Source of the DNA: a virus
Taxonomy: Duplodnaviria; Caudoviricetes
Length of the DNA: 36,294 nt
IMG/VR virus record: IMGVR_UViG_3300020043_001012
Coordinates: 1-36,294 of that record
Strand: one strand, 5' to 3'
The translations under genes were made by a program, and so were the position numbers. This document shows, piece by piece, positions 1-7,840 of the stretch. The notes beneath the pieces were generated by a model that made no database searches, was not told the DNA's origin, and saw only the letters and a list, made by a program, of their open reading frames with translations. The stretch's first letter is position 1. Each line of letters begins with the position of its first letter.

Positions 1-1
1 G

Positions 2-907
2 GCCGCAGGCTTCTTTACAGAGAAGATTCTCGATCGCTACTGGTTCGCGTTCAGTAACCCACGTCGAAACACAGGCTACTTCTATGAGGCAGTCGAGGGC
101 AGCAAGCGGGACTTTTGGAAATCCAAGATCATCGACGCCCGTACCGTTGAAGGCACGGACCAGAGCGTCTACAACCAGATCATCGCGGAATACGGTGAAG
201 ACTCGATCCAAGCTCGGGTTGAGGTATATGGCGAGTTCCCCGCTGCTGGTGAAGACCAGTTCATCTCGCCCGTGAGCGTAGAAGATGCGTTCAAGCGCGA
301 CAAGTACAAAGACGCCACTGCACCCGTGGTTGTCGGGGTTGACCCCGCCCGTGGCGGCATGGACAGCACCGTGATCGTGGTGCGCCAAGGTCGTGACATC
401 GTGGCCATCAAACGCTTCAAGGGTGACGACACCATGACCACCGTGGGTAACGTGATCGACGCCATCGAAGAATACAAGCCTGCGCTGACCGTGATCGACG
501 AGGGTGGCCTGGGCTACGGGATTCTTGACAGATTGACCGAGCAGCGGTACAAAGTGCGCGGGGTGAACTTCGGCTGGAAAGCCAAGAACCCAGTGATGTG
601 GCAAAACAAGCGTTCCGAGATGTGGGGTGCGATGCGCGATTGGTTAAAGACCGCTGCGATCCCACGGGACCGTCAGTTGAAGGCTGACCTTGTTGGCCCG
701 ATGCGTAAGTTCAACTCGTCAGGTGCGATCATGCTTGAGAGTAAGAAGGAAATGAAAGCGCGAGGGCTGGCCTCACCAGATGCTGCGGATGCACTGGCGG
801 TCACGTTTGCATACCCCGTGGCTTCTCGGAGCTACAATGTTAAACAAACACCACGTCGCGCCTATGAGGGTGGCGGCGGGGTTTCATCATCATGGATGGG
901 AAGCTGA
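2..907 (+). CDS. terL: Terminase large subunit, 5'-truncated by the window edge
   Basis: The frame is open from base 2 (AAGFFTEKILDRYWFAFSNPRRNTGYFYE...) and runs into the listed 272..907 ORF. It has SNP (end of ATPase domain), YGEF, and RNase H-like nuclease motifs VGVDPARGGMDS, IDEGGLG and SPDAADAL. It lies upstream of the portal. Confidence 0.93.
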   Translation, partial: AAGFFTEKILDRYWFAFSNPRRNTGYFYEAVEGSKRDFWKSKIIDARTVEGTDQSVYNQIIAEYGEDSIQARVEVYGEFPAAGEDQFISPVSVEDAFKRDKYKDATAPVVVGVDPARGGMDSTVIVVRQGRDIVAIKRFKGDDTMTTVGNVIDAIEEYKPALTVIDEGGLGYGILDRLTEQRYKVRGVNFGWKAKNPVMWQNKRSEMWGAMRDWLKTAAIPRDRQLKADLVGPMRKFNSSGAIMLESKKEMKARGLASPDAADALAVTFAYPVASRSYNVKQTPRRAYEGGGGVSSSWMGS

Positions 908-908
908 T

Positions 909-1244
909 ATGGACTTTGCTGATATTTCTGGTTTTTCACCACAAGAGCAGGCTGCTCTGAACTACCATCGTTCACATTTGATGAACAACACATACAAAAA
1001 GAATCCTGACAAATCGTTGACAACCTTCTACGGTACAGTTGTTGACACAGATCAGGGTGCTAAGGTCATTCCTTCATATTGGGGTGGTCAAATACGCGAA
1101 GTGCCAGACGCTATGCGCTTTGCTGCACGTTCTAACATTGAGTTTCCAACATACCCTGATGTGGCTACTGCACTGGAAGCTGAAAAGCGTATGCACGACA
1201 TCATGGAACAAGACCTTGGTGTATTTATGAAAGCTAAAAAATGA
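909..1244 (+). CDS. Hypothetical protein (111 aa), between terL and GroES
   Basis: ATG at 909, one base after the terL stop; its stop overlaps the next start (ATGA). AT-richer than its flanks by eye. The 780 start in the ORF track lies inside terL and is unlikely. Confidence 0.7.
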   Translation: MDFADISGFSPQEQAALNYHRSHLMNNTYKKNPDKSLTTFYGTVVDTDQGAKVIPSYWGGQIREVPDAMRFAARSNIEFPTYPDVATALEAEKRMHDIMEQDLGVFMKAKK

Positions 1245-1480
1245 GTCTCCAAGCAATGCAGAACTGCCTGATCATCGAACCCGATGTCGAGAAGCACGAG
1301 CTGTTCATCATCCCACCAGGCGACAAGTCCGAGACAGGTATCGTCAAAGCTGCTGGTCCAGATTGCAAAGAACTAAAAGTCGGTGATCACGTATACTTTG
1401 GCGTCGGGCAAGAATTTAAGCACGAGGGCAAGGATTACATTGTCATTCGTGAACCCCACGTCTTAGGAGTTTTGGAATGA
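1241..1480 (+). CDS. groES: Co-chaperonin GroES/Cpn10 family protein
   Basis: 79 aa with the Cpn10 pattern: L...NCLIIEP, G.VKAAGPD...LKVGDHVYF, EFKHEGKDYIVIREPHVLGVLE. Confidence 0.85.
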   Translation: MSLQAMQNCLIIEPDVEKHELFIIPPGDKSETGIVKAAGPDCKELKVGDHVYFGVGQEFKHEGKDYIVIREPHVLGVLE

Positions 1481-3672
1481 CTGACGTAACAGGAATGGTG
1501 GCCGCAGGTAATGTGGCAAACGGCGGTGGTAAAAAGAACGGTAGTCAAGACGTTCTAGCACTCGCACGCTCTCGCATGAACATGGCCATTGGCGCACTGT
1601 CCGAGTCCCGTGAAAACGAGATTGACGACTTGCGTTTCTACGCTGGTTCCCCCGACAACCAGTGGCAATGGCCTGCTGACGTACTGGCCACCCGTGGCGC
1701 GGTGCAGGGTCAGACCATCAACTCGCGCCCCTGTTTGACCATCAACAAGCTGCCACAGCACGTTCACCAAGTCACAAACGACATGCGCCAGAACCGCCCA
1801 GGCGCTAAGGTCATTCCAGTGGACGACAAAGCTGATGTGAAGGTCGCTGAGATCTTCAACGGCATGATCCGTCACATCGAGTACATCTCTGACGCTGACG
1901 TGGCCTACGACACCGCTTGCGAGAACCAAGTGGCCTACGGTGAAGGGTATTTCCGTCTGTTGACGGACTACTGCAACCCTGATTCTTTCGAGCAAGACAT
2001 CAAAATTGGGCGTATTCGCAACAGTTTTAGCGTCTACATGGACCCTGCGATCCAAGATCCCACGGGTGCTGACGCCAAGTGGTGTTTTGTCACAGAAGAC
2101 ATCGAAAAGGACGAATTTCACCGTTTGTACCCCAATGCAGCGCCTATCACGACCCTGCAATCACTCGGTATAGGTGACCAAAACCTGACTCAGTGGCTCA
2201 ACGAGAACACAATCCGTATCGCTGACTACTACTACATCGACTACGACACCAAAACGCTCCATTTGTACCCTGGCAACGTGACCGCTTATGCTGGTTCGCG
2301 TGAAGACAAGGCGTACAAAGAAATGTACGGCACTCCGAAAAAGACCCGTCGCGTTCAGATCCCAGTGGTCAAGTACTGCAAGATCAACGGCTACGAGATT
2401 TTGGAAGAAAACGTGTGGGCTGGTCAGTGGATTCCAGTGATTCGCGTGATCGGTAACGAATTTGAAGTCGATGGTCGCTTGTACGTGTCTGGCTTGGTGC
2501 GCAACGCCAAAGATGCCCAGCGTATGTACAACTACTGGGTGTCCCAAGAAGCTGAGATGCTGGCCTTGGCCCCCAAAGCCCCATTCATCGGCTACGGTGG
2601 TCAGTTTGAAGGCTACGAAGACAAGTGGAAGACAGCTAACACGTCCAACTGGCCGTATTTGGAAGTCAACCCTGACGTTACAGATGGCTCGGGCAACATG
2701 CTCCCGTTGCCACAACGCGCCCAGCCGCCCATGGCTTCGTCGGGTCTGTTGCAGGCTAAATCGGGTGCTGCTGAGGACATTAAGTCCACCACAGGCCAAT
2801 ACAACGCCTCACTCGGCATGGGTTCCAACGAGCGTTCTGGCAAGGCTATCTTGGCCCGTCAGAAAGAAGGCGATGTCGGCACTTACCACTATGGTGACAA
2901 CTTGTCCCGCGCTGTGCGCCACGTTGCCCGTCAATTGGTTGACCTTATCCCCAAGATCTACGACACAGAGCGTATCGCCCGAATCATCGGTGAAGATGGC
3001 GAGACACAAATGGTCAAGATCAACCCTGAGCAACAGCAACCCGTCAAGGAAATCGTGGACGAAACTGGTGTGGTGATCGAAAAGATCTACAACCCAGGCG
3101 TCGGCAAGTATGACGTGGTGGCCGCTACAGGTCCAGGTTACGCAACCAAGCGCCAAGAGGCTTTGGAAGCCATGGCTCAGTTGTTGCAAGGCAACCCTGA
3201 ACTCTGGAAAGTCGCTGGTGACTTGTTCGTCAAGAACATGGATTGGCCAGGCGCTCAAGAGATGGCCAAGCGATTCGCCAAGACCATTGATCCCAAGATC
3301 ATGGAAGACAGCGACAAGTCACCTGCGTTGCAGGCTGCCGAACAGCAGATTCAAGCCATGGGTCAAGAGATGGAGCAGATGCACTCTATGATCACCAACG
3401 TGGGTAAATCCATCGAGGTGCAGGAGCAGCAACGCAAAGACTTCGAGGCTCAGGTCAAGGCATTTGATGCTGAAACCAAGCGTTTGAGCGTGGTTCAGGC
3501 CAGCATGTCTCCAGAGCAGATCCAAGACATCGTGTTGGGCACGGTTCACGGCATGATCACTTCTGGTGACCTGATTGCCGAGATGCCTGGTCAAGACATG
3601 GACGTGGGTCCAGAGATGATGCCTGAGCAGATGGAACAACCCATGATGCCACCAGAAGGAATGCCACAATGA
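1477..3672 (+). CDS. P22-like portal protein
   Basis: 731 aa with DLRFYAG..QW, RPCLTINKL, GLVRNAKDAQRMYNYW, SGKAILARQ, GKYDVV...GPGYATKRQEA and a coiled-coil/Pro-Gln-rich C-terminus, all typical of the P22 gp1 family. Confidence 0.95.
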   Translation: MTDVTGMVAAGNVANGGGKKNGSQDVLALARSRMNMAIGALSESRENEIDDLRFYAGSPDNQWQWPADVLATRGAVQGQTINSRPCLTINKLPQHVHQVTNDMRQNRPGAKVIPVDDKADVKVAEIFNGMIRHIEYISDADVAYDTACENQVAYGEGYFRLLTDYCNPDSFEQDIKIGRIRNSFSVYMDPAIQDPTGADAKWCFVTEDIEKDEFHRLYPNAAPITTLQSLGIGDQNLTQWLNENTIRIADYYYIDYDTKTLHLYPGNVTAYAGSREDKAYKEMYGTPKKTRRVQIPVVKYCKINGYEILEENVWAGQWIPVIRVIGNEFEVDGRLYVSGLVRNAKDAQRMYNYWVSQEAEMLALAPKAPFIGYGGQFEGYEDKWKTANTSNWPYLEVNPDVTDGSGNMLPLPQRAQPPMASSGLLQAKSGAAEDIKSTTGQYNASLGMGSNERSGKAILARQKEGDVGTYHYGDNLSRAVRHVARQLVDLIPKIYDTERIARIIGEDGETQMVKINPEQQQPVKEIVDETGVVIEKIYNPGVGKYDVVAATGPGYATKRQEALEAMAQLLQGNPELWKVAGDLFVKNMDWPGAQEMAKRFAKTIDPKIMEDSDKSPALQAAEQQIQAMGQEMEQMHSMITNVGKSIEVQEQQRKDFEAQVKAFDAETKRLSVVQASMSPEQIQDIVLGTVHGMITSGDLIAEMPGQDMDVGPEMMPEQMEQPMMPPEGMPQ

Positions 3673-4031
3673 ACGCCTCACAATTTGTAGGTCAACTGTT
3701 TTTGGGCCGCAACGTGGCCCATTCAGTCCACCTGAACACTCGCAGCTACTCCAAGCACAAAGCCCTTGGTCACTTCTACGAAGACGTGATCGAGTTGGCC
3801 GACAAGTTCGCAGAAGCCTACCAAGGCCGTCATGGTTTAATTGGCCCAATCGCTATCCCAGCATCGAAGAAGACAACCAATATCGTTGAGTTCTTGCAAG
3901 AGCAACTTGCCGATATTGAAAAAGGTCGCTACGATGTATGTGAGAAAACAGACACTCCGATCCAAAACATCATTGATGAAATCGTCGGGTTGTATTTGTC
4001 AACCATCTACAAACTTCGCTTTTTAGCATAA
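3669..4031 (+). CDS. Dps/ferritin-like four-helix protein (DUF5856-like)
   Basis: AHSVHLNTRSYSKHKALGHFYEDVIELADKFAEAYQG resembles the Dps H..HW...H..L...Y.......D..AE pattern. C-terminal IDEIVGLYLSTIYKL. Confidence 0.6.
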   Translation: MNASQFVGQLFLGRNVAHSVHLNTRSYSKHKALGHFYEDVIELADKFAEAYQGRHGLIGPIAIPASKKTTNIVEFLQEQLADIEKGRYDVCEKTDTPIQNIIDEIVGLYLSTIYKLRFLA

Positions 4032-4039
4032 GGAAAATC

Positions 4040-4306
4040 ATGGCTTATTACAAACAAGGTAGTGCCGACGACCAAGTAAAAATTGGTGGCGGTAAGTTCT
4101 ACGGCATCTTTATTTCTAGCACAACTGGTGGCACTTTTGCTCTGTATGACAGCGCAACAGCAAGCACTAGCGATCCCAAAATTGTGAACACTGTGACTGT
4201 TGCTGCTGGTACTCAGTATGTCAGCTTTCCACAAGGTTTGTGGTTCAGTAATGGTCTGTACATCGACATTGCCAACACGATCCAATACACAATCTGTTAC
4301 GAGTAA
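4040..4306 (+). CDS. Hypothetical beta-rich virion-region protein (88 aa)
   Basis: Good RBS (AAGGAA); located in the head module. Confidence 0.7.
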   Translation: MAYYKQGSADDQVKIGGGKFYGIFISSTTGGTFALYDSATASTSDPKIVNTVTVAAGTQYVSFPQGLWFSNGLYIDIANTIQYTICYE

Positions 4307-4319
4307 TCTTTGCTCACAA

Positions 4320-4356
4320 CCGTACTGGTGCGGCACACCAGGGAATCTTAGGATTC
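4320..4356 (+). promoter_or_regulatory. Structured leader of the scaffold gene (pseudoknot or alternative stems, plus an RBS hairpin)
   Basis: CCGTA(4320-24) pairs with TGCGG(4329-33), and the loop CTGG is complementary to CCAG(4338-41). An alternative stem is CTGGTG/CACCAG. The GAATC(4343-47)/GATTC(4352-56) hairpin covers AGGA. Confidence 0.45.
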
Positions 4357-4362
4357 AATGAA

Positions 4363-5142
4363 ATGACTGATGAAGTCCAAGCAGTAGTAGCGGAAGTTGC
4401 ACCCGCGCCAGAACTGGAAGCCACAGCAGCACCAGCCTCTGATGCCCCAACGCTGGAAGCACCTGCGGAAGCAGCCAAGACCTTCACACAAGAAGAACTT
4501 GATGCGGCCATTGGTAAACGCCTTGCACGAGAGCAACGTAAATGGGAACGAGAACAAGCCCAGCGACGTGTGGAAACACCCGTTGCCGCGCCAGTAGCTC
4601 TCCCGCCTGTTGACCAATTCGAGTCTCCAGAAGCCTATGCGGAAGCATTGGCCGAACAGAAAGCTCATGAGTTGATCAGCAAGAGGGAACAAGCGAAAGC
4701 ACAGGCTGAGGTTCTTGAGAACTATCATGACAAGGAAGAACAAGCTCGGGACAAGTATGACGACTTTGAACAAGTTGCCTACAACCCCAACTTGCGAATC
4801 ACTGATGTGATGGCTCAAACGATCCAATCTTCGGACATTGGTCCCGATGTAGCTTACTACCTCGGTGCGAATCCCAAAGAAGCAGATCGCATCTCCCGCT
4901 TGTCGCCTTTCATGCAAGCAAAAGAGATTGGTGTGATCGAAGCCAAATTGGTTAATAATCCACCTGTCAAAAAGACAACGTCTGCACCTGCACCAATTTC
5001 ACCTGTAAGCGCACGAAGCACTGGTTCTCCAGCTTATGACACTACTGATCCACGGTCTACCAAGACCATGACTGATTCGCAGTGGATTGAGGCCGAACGC
5101 GCCCGTCAGATGAAGCGACTGCAAGCACAGGCAACTCGCTAA
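4363..5142 (+). CDS. Capsid scaffolding protein
   Basis: Acidic Ala/Pro-rich N-terminus, KTFTQEELDAAIGKRLAREQRKWER, helical body; lies directly upstream of the coat gene. Confidence 0.85.
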   Translation: MTDEVQAVVAEVAPAPELEATAAPASDAPTLEAPAEAAKTFTQEELDAAIGKRLAREQRKWEREQAQRRVETPVAAPVALPPVDQFESPEAYAEALAEQKAHELISKREQAKAQAEVLENYHDKEEQARDKYDDFEQVAYNPNLRITDVMAQTIQSSDIGPDVAYYLGANPKEADRISRLSPFMQAKEIGVIEAKLVNNPPVKKTTSAPAPISPVSARSTGSPAYDTTDPRSTKTMTDSQWIEAERARQMKRLQAQATR

Positions 5143-5163
5143 CTTTCTTCAAGGACTTTTTAA

Positions 5164-6372
5164 ATGTCAAACTCAATCTTAACCATTGACATGATCACCC
5201 GCAAATCGCTGGAGATCTTGGAAAACAACCTCGTGTTGACACGTAACGTGAACCGCCAGTACGACGACAGCTTCGCTGTTGAAGGTGCAAAAATCGGTTC
5301 TACACTGCGTATTCGCTTGCCCGATCGCGCTTTGGTCACTGACGGTGCTGCCTTGCAAGTGCAAGACGACAACGAACAGTACACAACTTTGACTGTGAAC
5401 AACCAAAAGCACATCGGCGTCAACTTCACATCTGCTGAATTGACCATGCAATTGGACGACTTCGCAGAGCGCGTGTTGAAGCCACGTATCAGCCAATTGG
5501 CATCGTCTATCGACGCTGACGTGGCTAACGCATACAAAGGCATCGGCAACTCAGTCGGCACTCCTGGCACCACTCCTGCTACTTCTTTGGTCTTGTTGCA
5601 AGCTCAACAAAAACTGAACGAAAACGCAGCGACTATGTCTCCACGTTACGCTACCGTGAACCCTGCTGCTAACGCTGGCTTGGTTGAAGGCTTGAAAGGT
5701 CTGTTCAACCCAACAGACACTATCAGCAAGCAATTCAAGAACGGCATGATGGGCACTGGCGTGTTGGGTTTCGACGAAATCAACATGTCTCAATCTATCA
5801 AGCAGTTCACAACTGGCTCTCGTGGCGCTACTGGTGCTACTTTGTCTGCTGCTGTGACTAGCGAAGGTGCAACCACCATCGCTATCACTGGTGGTGGCAA
5901 CGCTGGTACAGTGAAAATCGGTGACGTGTTCACTGTGGCTGACTGCTACGCTGTCAACCCACAAACTCGTGAATCTACTGGTTCTTTGTTCCAGTTCGTC
6001 GCTACTGCTGACGTGACCTTGGGTTCGAGTGGTGAAGGTAACATCACTGTTGCCCCAATCTACTCTGCAACCAACGCTTTGGCTACCGTGAACAGCTTGC
6101 CTGCTTCTGGTAAAGCCGTCGTGTTCGTGGGTGCAGCATCTACTCAGTACGCTCAAAACTTGGTGTACCACAAAGATGCCATCACCTTCGCTACTGCCGA
6201 CTTGCTGTTGCCACAAGGTGTGGACATGGCTTCTCGCGCTGTTCACAACGGTATCAGCTTGCGTGTGGTTCGCCAGTACGACATCAACAACGATCGTATG
6301 CCTTGCCGTATCGACGTGTTGTATGGCTACAGCACCATCCGTCCACAAATGGGCGTTCGCATGTGGGGCTAA
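5164..6372 (+). CDS. Major capsid protein, P22 coat protein (gp5) family
   Basis: MSNSILTIDMITRKSLEILENNLV, KIGSTLRIRLP, C-terminal RIDVLYG...IRP; strongly biased codon usage. Confidence 0.95.
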   Translation: MSNSILTIDMITRKSLEILENNLVLTRNVNRQYDDSFAVEGAKIGSTLRIRLPDRALVTDGAALQVQDDNEQYTTLTVNNQKHIGVNFTSAELTMQLDDFAERVLKPRISQLASSIDADVANAYKGIGNSVGTPGTTPATSLVLLQAQQKLNENAATMSPRYATVNPAANAGLVEGLKGLFNPTDTISKQFKNGMMGTGVLGFDEINMSQSIKQFTTGSRGATGATLSAAVTSEGATTIAITGGGNAGTVKIGDVFTVADCYAVNPQTRESTGSLFQFVATADVTLGSSGEGNITVAPIYSATNALATVNSLPASGKAVVFVGAASTQYAQNLVYHKDAITFATADLLLPQGVDMASRAVHNGISLRVVRQYDINNDRMPCRIDVLYGYSTIRPQMGVRMWG

Positions 6373-6374
6373 AC

Positions 6375-6399
6375 TGAAACGGGGCTTCGGCCCCTTTCA
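6375..6399 (+). terminator. Hairpin after the coat gene (weak terminator or processing site)
   Basis: TGAAA-C-GGGGC-TTCG-GCCCC-TTTCA with a cUUCGg tetraloop and an interrupted U tract. Confidence 0.65.
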
Positions 6400-6428
6400 T
6401 TGTTTCAATCTTTTTAAGGAAATTTATC

Positions 6429-6839
6429 ATGGCACTTCCAAACGGCGCAGGCGGTTACCAAGTTGGTGACGGCAACCTGAACGAACTCGTTATTGGCTAC
6501 ATGGGCGCTCCCGCCACAGCCACTTCTACTGCAACCTTGACTGTTGCTCAAGCTACCGCTGGTATCTTGCTCGGCTCTCCTGGTTCTAGCGCAGCCAGCT
6601 ACACTTTGCCCACTGTGGCATCGTTGGAAGCTACTGTGTCTAGCGCCAAGGTTGGCAGCACTTTCGACTTGTCAGTGATCAACGTTGATGGTTCTAGCTC
6701 TGGCGTGATCACGCTGGTTGCTGGCACAGGTTGGACCTTGGTTGGTCTGGCTACTGTCGCAGCTACTGCTGGTACAGCTCAAACTTTCCGTGCCCGTAAA
6801 ACAGGTGACGGCACTTGGTCTTTGTATCGCATCGCCTAA
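6429..6839 (+). CDS. Putative capsid decoration / minor head protein
   Basis: 136 aa, Ala/Thr/Gly-rich and beta-like, immediately after the coat gene, strong RBS, similar codon bias. Confidence 0.65.
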   Translation: MALPNGAGGYQVGDGNLNELVIGYMGAPATATSTATLTVAQATAGILLGSPGSSAASYTLPTVASLEATVSSAKVGSTFDLSVINVDGSSSGVITLVAGTGWTLVGLATVAATAGTAQTFRARKTGDGTWSLYRIA

Positions 6840-6843
6840 GTCT

Positions 6844-6869
6844 AAATGGGGGCTTCGGCCCCCATTTTT
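6844..6869 (+). terminator. Rho-independent terminator
   Basis: AAATGGGGGC-TTCG-GCCCCCATTT, extending into a TTTTT run. Confidence 0.8.
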
Positions 6870-6881
6870 AAAGGAAACCAA

Positions 6882-7124
6882 ATGGCAGTTATTTACATGA
6901 AACATGAGTTCCACGGTGCAAAAGTTGCAACCATGGAAGCAGAAGCAGTTGCAGACGAGAAAAACGGCTGGGTGCGATATACTCACGACACGCCCTCCGA
7001 AGTAGTGGAAGAAGCGGCTCCTAAGAAGGAAGTGAAACCACGCGCCCGTAAGGTCGCTGAACCAGAACAACCCGCAGAAGTGCCTAACTTTTTAGCACCT
7101 GCTGCCGAATCCGCAGGAGTCTGA
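6882..7124 (+). CDS. Hypothetical protein (80 aa)
   Basis: AAGGAA RBS precedes ATG 6882 (MAVIYMKHEFHG...). The listed 6846 start lies inside the terminator. Confidence 0.7.
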   Translation: MAVIYMKHEFHGAKVATMEAEAVADEKNGWVRYTHDTPSEVVEEAAPKKEVKPRARKVAEPEQPAEVPNFLAPAAESAGV

Positions 7125-7126
7125 CA

Positions 7127-7840
7127 ATGAGCACCACCGCTGGCGATCAAATCAATCGAGCATTGCGATTGCTCGGGGTGCTTGCTGATGGAGAAACACC
7201 ATCAGCGTCAATGTCTCAAGACGCACTCAATGCGTTGAATCAAATGATTGATTCATGGAACACTGAGCGACTCTCAGTGTTCTGCACCCAAGACCAAGTG
7301 TTTACTTGGCCTGCTGGTGAATACATCCAAACACTCGGTCCATCTGGTGACTTCGTGGGCAATCGCCCCGTGTTGTTCGATGACGCCACATATTTCCGTG
7401 ATCCTGGTACGAATGTGTCGTTCGGTATCAAGTTCATCAACCAGCAGCAGTATGACGGTATCGCGGTAAAGACCGTGACATCCACATACCCGCAGGTCAT
7501 CTTTGTGAACATGGGCTTTCCCGATGTCACAATGAGCATTTACCCACGTCCTACTCGGGACTTGGAGTGGCACTTTGTGTCCGTGCAAGAGCTGGATCAA
7601 CCTGCTGCCCTTGACACCGTGCTGCACTTCCCACCAGGCTACCTGCGTGCCTTTGCCTACAACTTGGCAATGGAGATCGCGCCTGAGTATGGTGTTGAAC
7701 CAGCACCTCAGATTCAGCGTATTGCGATGACATCGAAGCGCAACTTGAAGCGTATCAACAATCCTGACGATGTGATGTCGATGCCTTACGCAATCGTGGC
7801 CACTCGCCAGCGTTACAACATCTACGCGAACAACTACTGA
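7127..7840 (+). CDS. Head-to-tail adaptor (P22 gp4-like N-terminus)
   Basis: TAGDQINRALRLLGVLA.GETP...DALNALNQMIDSW and AYNLAMEIAPEYG; positioned before the gp10 homologue. Confidence 0.75.
   Translation: MSTTAGDQINRALRLLGVLADGETPSASMSQDALNALNQMIDSWNTERLSVFCTQDQVFTWPAGEYIQTLGPSGDFVGNRPVLFDDATYFRDPGTNVSFGIKFINQQQYDGIAVKTVTSTYPQVIFVNMGFPDVTMSIYPRPTRDLEWHFVSVQELDQPAALDTVLHFPPGYLRAFAYNLAMEIAPEYGVEPAPQIQRIAMTSKRNLKRINNPDDVMSMPYAIVATRQRYNIYANNY

Noticed and set aside
780-908. N-terminal extension of the 154-aa ORF
   Set aside because: It overlaps terL; ATG 909 right after the terL stop is more plausible.
1555-3258. Long minus-strand ORFs antisense to the portal (and similar ones opposite the coat, polymerase, helicase and DUF2800 genes)
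   Set aside because: These are shadow ORFs expected from the codon bias of the real genes; they lack RBSs and recognisable motifs.
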